Of a stretch of DNA of 64,000 nt, positions 57,166 through 64,000 are shown piece by piece. The DNA comes from Candidatus Omnitrophota bacterium. Lineage in GTDB: Bacteria > Omnitrophota > Gorgyraeia > Zapsychrales > Zapsychraceae. The position numbers and the translations under genes were made by a program. The DNA is taken from assembly GCA_028280285.1 (NCBI GenBank), contig JANQMA010000044.1, positions 1,521 through 65,520 on the forward strand. Direction: 5' to 3'. The first letter of the stretch is position 1; each line of letters begins with the position of its first letter. Under the pieces are notes generated by a model. It saw nothing but the letters and a program-made list of their open reading frames with translations, was not told the origin of the DNA and did no database searches.

Positions 57166-57971
57166 TGGACGCGAAAGCGGAAATTGAAGTTGCTCTACGA
57201 AAAAAATATGTTGTGCCGAAACTCTTGAAAGAAGTTTCGCGCCGCAGCGCGCGGGCCATTCTTGATTACGGCATGATTGAGGAGGGTGACAGAATTGCCG
57301 TTGCTGTCTCGGGGGGCAAAGATAGTATTTCATTACTGCATGTGTTGCGTCATCGTCGGCGTGTCAGCCCTGTTAAGTTTGATTTTACGGCGGTCCATAT
57401 TGATTTTGCCTTTGCTGATTTTAATCCGGAGAAATTAATCGATTATCTTAAACGGAACGAGTTTGATTTTCTGGTTGAAAAAGTCAGCGCTCTTAAAGGT
57501 GAAAATTATGAAGACATTGATTGCTTCCGCTGGTCATGGAACAGGCGTAAGGCGCTGTTTCAACTGTGCGAACAAAAAGGTTTTACTAAAATTGCTTTTG
57601 GCCATCATTTAGATGATATTGCCGAGACGATTCTCCTTAATCAGTTTTACCGGGCTGAAGTCGGGGCTATGAAACCGTGCCAAGAGCTTTTTGAAGGAAG
57701 GATTAAATTGATCCGCCCGCTTGCCTATGAGCGTGAAACTGTTATGGAGGCGCTGGCCCGGGAGCTTGATATTGAATCAATCGGCGGACAATCGAAATGC
57801 GCCAATGATGATACATCGCATCGGATGATCCTTAAGAAAATGCTGCGTAATATGGAACGTGATAATCCAAACGTTGTACCGAATATTTTTAAGAGCTTAC
57901 AAAACATACGTTATGAGTATCTTCTTGATAAAGTCGAAGGAAGAAAAGCGGCAAAGGTCAAAATGAAATGA
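57165..57971 (+). CDS. PP-loop ATPase, TtcA/TilS-like tRNA-modification enzyme
   Basis: SGGKDS PP-loop. Layout resembles TtcA. Confidence 0.6.
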   Translation: MDAKAEIEVALRKKYVVPKLLKEVSRRSARAILDYGMIEEGDRIAVAVSGGKDSISLLHVLRHRRRVSPVKFDFTAVHIDFAFADFNPEKLIDYLKRNEFDFLVEKVSALKGENYEDIDCFRWSWNRRKALFQLCEQKGFTKIAFGHHLDDIAETILLNQFYRAEVGAMKPCQELFEGRIKLIRPLAYERETVMEALARELDIESIGGQSKCANDDTSHRMILKKMLRNMERDNPNVVPNIFKSLQNIRYEYLLDKVEGRKAAKVKMK

Positions 57972-58579
57972 ATGAGCGTGCCGAGGCCATTTTAGATTAT
58001 TGGTTTGAAGGGTTTGAGGATAAGGATAAGGCGGATCAATCTAAGAATCCTTTTCGTAAATGGTTTATGGGAGGGGAAGCTGTTGATCGTGAAATTTGCG
58101 ATCAGTTTGGCGATGATCTTAAAAAAGCAATCGACGGGCAGTACGAAGATTGGACCGACGATCCTGAAAGTTGTTTAGCGCTTATTATTCTCCTTGATCA
58201 ATTTACCCGTAATGTTTTTCGCAATGACCCGCGTGCCTTTGATTGTGATCCAAAAGCCCAATCGATTGTTTTGGATGCTATTGATAAAGGACTTGATCAG
58301 AGGCTTTCACTTGTTAAGCGGGTATTTCTTTACATGCCGCTTATGCATGCCGAGGATATCGATATTCAAAATAAAAGTGTTGCTCTCTTTGAACAATTAG
58401 TCAAAGATTCTAAAGAAATTTCCCCTCAAAATACCTTCGTTTATAACGGCAATCTCAAGTATGCCATCATTCATCGTAATGATATAGAAAAGTATGGCCG
58501 CTTTCCTTATCGTAATGCTGTTTTAGGACGGGACAATACGTCCGAGGAGGAAGAGTTCTTAGCAGCGCGAAGCAAATAA
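57968..58579 (+). CDS. DUF924-family protein
   Basis: ILDYWFEG...LDQFTRNVFRN is the DUF924 signature. Confidence 0.7.
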   Translation: MNERAEAILDYWFEGFEDKDKADQSKNPFRKWFMGGEAVDREICDQFGDDLKKAIDGQYEDWTDDPESCLALIILLDQFTRNVFRNDPRAFDCDPKAQSIVLDAIDKGLDQRLSLVKRVFLYMPLMHAEDIDIQNKSVALFEQLVKDSKEISPQNTFVYNGNLKYAIIHRNDIEKYGRFPYRNAVLGRDNTSEEEEFLAARSK

Positions 58580-58580
58580 G

Positions 58581-58672
58581 GGCGGATAGCGTATAGGGTA
58601 TAGCGAATAGTTAGTAAATAGTTTTTAGTAACTGATGACTTTCTAGGCGCTATTCGCTAAACGCTGTATGCT
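58581..58672. repeat. Imperfect palindrome (TATAGCG/CGCTAT units) between convergent genes
   Basis: GGCGGATAGCGTATAGGGTATAGCGAATAG...CTAGGCGCTATTCGCTAAACGCTGTATGC. Confidence 0.55.
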
Positions 58673-58676
58673 GAAA

Positions 58677-59672
58677 TTACATTTTCCCCGCAAGTTTCTC
58701 GGTGTATTCAATATTACCCATAATCACCTTCAACACAACCGCAAGCGGCACGGCGAGAAACATTCCCACAATTCCCCAAATAATCCCCCAGAAGATTAAT
58801 GAGAGAAGAATAGTGATAGGGTTAAGACCGATCGAATCGCCCATTACTTGAGGCTCGATCACATTGCCGATAGTAAATTGAATGACACCGGGAATGGCAA
58901 TGGCCATAATCGCGGTTGCTGTTGTGACATCAGGGGAGATGAGCACAACCGGCAAAGGCAAAAGAGTGGCAATAAGAGAACCGATGCTGGGGATAAAGTT
59001 AAGAATAAACGCCATAAGGCCAAAGGCGAGTGCCAGATCAATATTGAGAATAGTAAGCACAATACCGACAAGAATACCGGTCACGCCTGAGATCAGCAGT
59101 TTGGTGACGATATATTTTTTAATACGCAGCTCAACGCCGACCCAATTTTCGTCAGGCTCCTCAGTTGCCTTTTTACCTCCCAAAAGAAGGAACAAAACAA
59201 AGATCAAAACAAGAATACCTTGGGAGAAAATACCGATGATCGCATTAAAAGTGCCGAGCACCATATTGCCTGCTCTTTGGGCCATGTTTCTAACGCTAGG
59301 TTCGATAATTGATTTTATATTGCTGCCGTGTCGCTCAAAGTATTGAGATGAGGTGACCTTTTCGGCCAGCTGCATAATTTTGGCTTGATACGAATCGGCA
59401 TTGGCAATCATCTGGCTGACTGAGGCTGAGATGAGTAAGCCAATGAGAAATAGAATAACCCCGGCAAGCAAAATAGATGTGACAACCGCGGTCGGATGAT
59501 TAAATTTCAAATATTTTTTTTGAACGTTAATGATCGTGGTCAGAATCAACCCTAAAAAAAGCGCCAGGATAAAAGGCACCATGACGGGTTTAAGGAAGGC
59601 CAGCGCAACGCCGGTGGCGATAAAGGTCAAAATGAGTAAACAGACTGATTGTAGGCGCTGTTGGCTTTCCAT
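58677..59672 (-). CDS. AI-2E family transporter (PerM/YhhT-like)
   Basis: Eight-TM architecture with the conserved GLNP and GNxxEP region. Confidence 0.8.
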   Translation of the reverse strand: MESQQRLQSVCLLILTFIATGVALAFLKPVMVPFILALFLGLILTTIINVQKKYLKFNHPTAVVTSILLAGVILFLIGLLISASVSQMIANADSYQAKIMQLAEKVTSSQYFERHGSNIKSIIEPSVRNMAQRAGNMVLGTFNAIIGIFSQGILVLIFVLFLLLGGKKATEEPDENWVGVELRIKKYIVTKLLISGVTGILVGIVLTILNIDLALAFGLMAFILNFIPSIGSLIATLLPLPVVLISPDVTTATAIMAIAIPGVIQFTIGNVIEPQVMGDSIGLNPITILLSLIFWGIIWGIVGMFLAVPLAVVLKVIMGNIEYTEKLAGKM

Positions 59673-59761
59673 AAGATGTATTTAGTGTAGATAAAGAACA
59701 GGAGCGTGTCAAATGGAAATAGGCTTGTCATAACCTAGAAAATTGTTACAATGTCACTGAA

Positions 59762-60019
59762 ATGGTAGCAAAACTCTTCCAATATATATTGATTCTCCCG
59801 ATCAGATTTTACCAGATCGCCCTATCGCCGCTTTTGGGGCGTAATTGCCGCCATATACCGACGTGCTCACAGTACGCCATTGAGGCAATCAAAGAGCATG
59901 GAGCATTTAAGGGCGTTTGGCTCAGCATTAAACGCATTTTGAAATGCCATCCGCTCGGCACATCAGGATACGATCCTGTGCCAAAGAAAGAAACACATGC
60001 CACTCAAAATCTACAATAG
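59762..60019 (+). CDS. yidD: Membrane protein insertion efficiency factor YidD
   Basis: [11 protein letters not shown]...[15 protein letters not shown] is the YidD motif. Confidence 0.8.
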   Translation: MVAKLFQYILILPIRFYQIALSPLLGRNCRHIPTCSQYAIEAIKEHGAFKGVWLSIKRILKCHPLGTSGYDPVPKKETHATQNLQ

Positions 60020-61457
60020 TCTAGGACGCGAAAAACAAGAATTTGTTCCCCTTGAGCCCGGCGTAGTCAAACTCTATGTCTGCGGACCGACGGTCTATGA
60101 TCTTTTGCATGTCGGCAACTTTCGCGGCGCGATCTTTTTTAATCTGGTGCGCAATTGGCTTACCAAAAGCAGTTACGATGTAACGTTTGTTTATAACTAC
60201 ACAGATATTGATGACAAGATTATTAACCGGGCCCATGAAGAAGGTGTTGATCCGCTTAAACTCAGCGAACAATATATTGAAGAATTTGAAAAAGACTTTG
60301 GTCAACTTGGTCTTGTTAAACATGATCATAATCCTAAATGCTCGGATCATATTGATGACATGGTCCAATTTGTTGAAGGCTTGATTGAGCGTGGTCATGC
60401 CTATGAAGTGGAAGGTTCTGTTTTTTACGCGATCGATAGTTTTAAAGAATATGGCAAGCTCAGTGGGCGTAATGTCGATGAGCTTGAGGCCGGGCATCGT
60501 GTTGATCCGGATCCGCGTAAAAAAAACGCACTCGACTTTATATTATGGAAGCCGGCGAAAGAAGGTGAGCCGTCATGGTATTCACCATGGGGGCAGGGAC
60601 GGCCTGGCTGGCATTTAGAATGCTCGGCCATGAATAAGTGTGTGCACGGCGATCAAATCGACATTCACGGTGGCGGCTTTGATCTGACATTTCCTCATCA
60701 CGAAAATGAAATCGCGCAAAGCGAAGGCTTAACGGGTAAACAGTTTGCCAAATACTGGATGCACAATAACTTCATTAACTTCGGTGATGAAAAGATGTCG
60801 AAGTCTTTAGGTAATGTTGTTAAGGCGCGTGACTTTATGACGACGTATAATCCGGAGATTTTAAAGTATATGATGCTCGCCGTTCATTACCGCTCACCGC
60901 TTAACTTGTCGACCGGTCATATTCATCAAGCGATGGCGGCTTTGGCGCGCATATACGGTGCCATTGCCAATGCGGATGATATTATCGCGCGCAGCGCTGT
61001 AAAGCCGGAAGAAGACAGCGCGTTTAAAGGGCTGCTTGATGAGGCGGATCAAAAAATTCACGTAGCTTTGGATGATGATTTTAATACACCGGTTATGATG
61101 GCCGCTATTTTTGATATTGTTAGAAGTTTTAACGAAGGCTATAAGCCGGGAAAAAAAGTGAGTCCAATACTTGCCTACAAAGCCGATGCGTTTACTCAAT
61201 GGATCAAATCGTGGGGAGAGCTCGGCGCGTTATTTGGCGAACCGGCACTTAAGTTTCTTAAAGAACTGGATGAAATCCTCATAAAAAAGAAAGACATTGA
61301 TGTTTCTGAGGTAGAAGGTTTGATTCAAAAGCGTAATGAGGCCCGCGCTAATAAAGATTTCCAAACGGCTGATGAGTGTCGTGATCAGCTTCTTGCCATG
61401 GATATTCTCCTCCAAGACACACCCACCGGAACTATCTGGGAAGTTAAGAAGTCATAA
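59997..61457 (+). CDS. cysS: Cysteine--tRNA ligase
   Basis: HVGN (HIGH-like) and KMSKS motifs, plus Zn-binding Cys residues. Confidence 0.95.
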   Translation: MPLKIYNSLGREKQEFVPLEPGVVKLYVCGPTVYDLLHVGNFRGAIFFNLVRNWLTKSSYDVTFVYNYTDIDDKIINRAHEEGVDPLKLSEQYIEEFEKDFGQLGLVKHDHNPKCSDHIDDMVQFVEGLIERGHAYEVEGSVFYAIDSFKEYGKLSGRNVDELEAGHRVDPDPRKKNALDFILWKPAKEGEPSWYSPWGQGRPGWHLECSAMNKCVHGDQIDIHGGGFDLTFPHHENEIAQSEGLTGKQFAKYWMHNNFINFGDEKMSKSLGNVVKARDFMTTYNPEILKYMMLAVHYRSPLNLSTGHIHQAMAALARIYGAIANADDIIARSAVKPEEDSAFKGLLDEADQKIHVALDDDFNTPVMMAAIFDIVRSFNEGYKPGKKVSPILAYKADAFTQWIKSWGELGALFGEPALKFLKELDEILIKKKDIDVSEVEGLIQKRNEARANKDFQTADECRDQLLAMDILLQDTPTGTIWEVKKS

Positions 61458-61541
61458 CTAATATTTATTGATTTGATAAATATAAAAACTTTGTCTTATC
61501 AATTGCTCTAAACTATACTAAGAGTTAAAAAAGAGCGCGTT

Positions 61542-62933
61542 ATGACAACTATACGTAAAGTACTGCATAATATGGTAACAAACAAGCAATGGCTTAAGGC
61601 TTTGGGCGTCATTGTGCTGGCGTTTGTCTGCTATCTTGTCTTTCCGGAATCGGCAGGTGAAGGTGCCCGGCGTATGGTGTTTATTTTTGTCTTTGCCGCG
61701 CTTTTCTGGGCGCTTGAAATCGTTCCGCTTTATGCAACCAGTTTTCTGGTTGTCCTCCTTGAGGTATTTTTGCTCGCGCGGCCCGGCGGTGTTTTAGGAA
61801 TGGAGCCTTCCGGCTATAAAACGTTTCTTCTTCCATTCGGTAGTCCTATTATTATGCTTTTTCTAGGCGGTCTAACTATTGCCTCTGCACTGCATAAATA
61901 TAAGGTAGACCACTTCATTGCAGAGAAACTGATCGCACTGTTTGGCAATAAACCGTATTTTATTATGTGCGGGTTTATGGTGACGACCGCCTTTCTTTCG
62001 ATGTGGATGTCAAACACCGCGACAACCGCCATGATGATTTCGATGATCACACCGGTCTTGGGCCATATCAACCATGATGATCCGTATAAAAAAGGAATTG
62101 TTTTAAGTATTCCTTTTGCGGCTAATATCGGCGGGATCGGTACGCCGGTTGGAACACCGCCTAATGCGATCGCGCTTGGGATTTTGGCAGACTACGGGAT
62201 TAACTTAAGTTTTACTTCGTGGATGCTGATGGCTATCCCACTTGTTGTTATTTTGCTTTTTTTAGCCAGTGTTGTAATTTATTTCCTTTTTCCACCGAAG
62301 AATAAAGAGTTTAATTTGCACTTAAAACTTGAAGAGCCGTTAACACATGAGGCAAAACTATCAGGTGCCATTGCGGTCGTAACGGTTTTGCTTTGGCTGA
62401 CATCTTCTTTTCACAAATTACCGTCAGCCGTTGTCGCGCTTACGGCTGTATGTTTGTTTTTTTCTTTTCATCTTCTTAAGCAAGATGATTTTAAACGCAT
62501 TGATTGGGATGTTTTGGTTCTAATGTGGGGAGGGCTGTCTTTAGGCAAGGGTCTTGGTGTAAGCGGGCTTACGGAATGGATTGTCCAACTTCCTGTTTTT
62601 GATCAGACGGGGATTATTTTAGTTATTTCATTCAGTATTCTCGGATTGTTTGTATCAACATTTATGAGCCATACAGCGACGGCGAATTTGCTTATTCCGA
62701 TTGTGCTGGCTATTCCCGGACAAAACATCATATTTCTGGCGGTTACGATTGCGCTTGCCTGTTCCTTTGCTATGGCGCTTCCCATCTCAACACCACCGAA
62801 CGCGATTGCTTTTTCAACGAATGCCCTGCGCATCAATGACATGCTTAAGGCGGGTGCGATTATCTCGGTTATTGCCTTTGCGCTTTTAATGATGGGGTTT
62901 CAATTTTTTATTACCAAGGCATTTGGGTTATGA
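61542..62933 (+). CDS. Divalent anion:Na+ symporter (DASS/SLC13) family transporter
   Basis: Duplicated SxNT/SNTATTAMM hairpin motifs. Confidence 0.75.
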   Translation: MTTIRKVLHNMVTNKQWLKALGVIVLAFVCYLVFPESAGEGARRMVFIFVFAALFWALEIVPLYATSFLVVLLEVFLLARPGGVLGMEPSGYKTFLLPFGSPIIMLFLGGLTIASALHKYKVDHFIAEKLIALFGNKPYFIMCGFMVTTAFLSMWMSNTATTAMMISMITPVLGHINHDDPYKKGIVLSIPFAANIGGIGTPVGTPPNAIALGILADYGINLSFTSWMLMAIPLVVILLFLASVVIYFLFPPKNKEFNLHLKLEEPLTHEAKLSGAIAVVTVLLWLTSSFHKLPSAVVALTAVCLFFSFHLLKQDDFKRIDWDVLVLMWGGLSLGKGLGVSGLTEWIVQLPVFDQTGIILVISFSILGLFVSTFMSHTATANLLIPIVLAIPGQNIIFLAVTIALACSFAMALPISTPPNAIAFSTNALRINDMLKAGAIISVIAFALLMMGFQFFITKAFGL

Positions 62934-63607
62934 AATGTCAAAGAATCATATTATTAACTTTAGGCTTACTCTTATTGTCATCGTTGGGCCACGGCAGCGA
63001 TGACTTTCAGTACTGGTCGCAGTATTCATTTAAACTCATCGATACAAAGCATATTGATGGGACATTGTTTTCCGAAGCGCGTCTTTATAATGATACGCAT
63101 GACACGGGGCTCTATTATGTCAGTGCGCGTGTCACGTATGACTATATTAATCATTTGCAATTAGGAACAAACTACACATATATGAATTACAAATCGCAGC
63201 CGCAAAGCGGTGATCTGGGTGCCTGGCGGTTTCAGCACCGCGCGGAGCTGGAAGTGAACCCTTATTTTTTTATTGGCGATTGGCTGAAAGTCAAAAACCG
63301 CAATCGCATCGAGTTCCGCTGGATTGAGGGCAGAGGGTCGTATAACACACGCCTTAGGCATCGCTGGACCCTCACACATCCCTTAAAGGATAAGGGGAGA
63401 TTTAAGTCCATTTATTTAAGCAGCGAATTTATCTATAACGTCGCCGAGCACACCTATGATGAAAACAGAACGGTGCCGTTTGGCGCGGCAGTTAAACTGA
63501 ATGATCAACTAACGGTTAAGTCTTACTATATGATTCAGTCTAAGAAAGGAGGTAATGGCTGGTTCAGCAATCAGATAATTGGGACATTATTGTCCTATAA
63601 ATTTTAA
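62930..63607 (+). CDS. DUF2490-like secreted/outer-membrane protein
   Basis: Signal peptide. DFQYWSQY start and Tyr/Asn-rich beta-strand pattern. Confidence 0.45.
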   Translation: MKCQRIILLTLGLLLLSSLGHGSDDFQYWSQYSFKLIDTKHIDGTLFSEARLYNDTHDTGLYYVSARVTYDYINHLQLGTNYTYMNYKSQPQSGDLGAWRFQHRAELEVNPYFFIGDWLKVKNRNRIEFRWIEGRGSYNTRLRHRWTLTHPLKDKGRFKSIYLSSEFIYNVAEHTYDENRTVPFGAAVKLNDQLTVKSYYMIQSKKGGNGWFSNQIIGTLLSYKF

Positions 63608-63612
63608 AAACT

Positions 63613-63655
63613 GTGGTAGAGTGGTAGGAGTGGTAGAGCGGCAATTTTACCACCC
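63613..63655. repeat. Tandem (GTGGTAGR)3 repeat followed by TACCACC complement
   Basis: GTGGTAGA GTGGTAGGA GTGGTAGAG, then cggcaattt TACCACCC. Confidence 0.6.
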
Positions 63656-63689
63656 TTATAACTTTTCTGATTAAAAAAAGGGGTCAAAA

Positions 63690-64000
63690 ATGGCTGATAT
63701 TGATTTATCCAAATACGGTATAACACCAACAGAGGTTGCCTATAATCTTTCTTATGACGAACTATATGATCTGGAGCTGGATCCTTCCAATGAAGGTTAT
63801 GAGAAGGGGACAGTGACATCTTTAGGGGCTGTGGCGATTGATACAGGGAAGTTTACCGGCCGTTCCCCCAAAGATAAATATATTGTTGAAGATGATATCA
63901 CACGCGATACTGTTTGGTGGACCGATGGGACGGCCGCCGGGTCAGACAACAAAAAAATGTCACAAGAAACATGGGAATATGTTAAGAAAATTTCCATTGC
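63690..64000 (+). CDS. pckA: Phosphoenolpyruvate carboxykinase (ATP), N-terminal part (3'-truncated by window edge)
   Basis: [19 protein letters not shown]...[17 protein letters not shown] is the PckA N-terminus. Confidence 0.9.
   Translation, partial: MADIDLSKYGITPTEVAYNLSYDELYDLELDPSNEGYEKGTVTSLGAVAIDTGKFTGRSPKDKYIVEDDITRDTVWWTDGTAAGSDNKKMSQETWEYVKKISI

Noticed and set aside
1-64000. tRNA/rRNA genes, transposases, integrases, phage genes
   Set aside because: No cloverleaf-like conserved tRNA segments, rRNA-like stretches or IS/integrase-like ORFs were seen on inspection. None are reported.

Overview
This is a bacterial chromosomal segment, about 43% GC and gene-dense, with roughly 66 of 72 predicted CDS on the + strand. 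No rRNA, tRNA, CRISPR array or transposase was recognised.

**Chemotaxis locus (1-24.4 kb).** A 3'-fragment of an MCP is followed by cheB-cheR. A block of glycan/acyl-modification genes sits inside the locus (BNR sialidase-like, GT42/DUF115-like, GNAT, HDAC-like, UbiB kinase, YbaN). It is followed by an MCP with a periplasmic c-type-haem (CXXCH) sensor, then cheX, cheY, cheX, cheW and a PilZ protein. Next is an MCP with a histidine-rich periplasmic N-terminus and three predicted TM segments. The locus ends with cheW, cheR, cheB, a two-HPt cheA, cheD, cheC, cheY, cheX and a REC-CheX fusion.

**Housekeeping and accessory mix (24.4-64 kb).**
- A YqhA membrane protein, an HxlR regulator with paired palindromic operators, GST, a metallophosphoesterase and an EamA transporter.
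- A cold-shock gene with a long 5'UTR.
- A MarR-controlled cluster: DUF1295, two CFA-synthase-like methyltransferases, an FAD amine-oxidase-like protein, DUF1365 and an NTF2-like protein. This gene set resembles the Rhodobacter furan-fatty-acid (ufaM/ufaD/ufaO) pathway.
- A PHP-domain::GT4 fusion glycosyltransferase followed by a radical-SAM enzyme.
- A Pmp3/YqaE micro-protein that the ORF track missed.
- A polyphosphate module (ppx, ppk1, ROK kinase, SixA).
- NUDIX, MscS, tag, a stand-alone hisI, a TMTC-like TPR glycosyltransferase, U32 peptidase, SpoU methyltransferase, a Tyr/Lys-repeat secreted protein, a PP-loop ATPase, DUF924, an AI-2E transporter, yidD, cysS, a DASS transporter and the start of pckA.

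**Recurring non-coding pattern.** Many intergenic gaps carry unique, strand-asymmetric low-complexity hairpins. One arm is G/T-rich and the other A/C-rich, built from 6-9 nt units. Several are TTAGGG-like, and one contains a G-quadruplex/i-motif pair. Two long nested-hairpin elements lie upstream of the PHP-GT4 gene.
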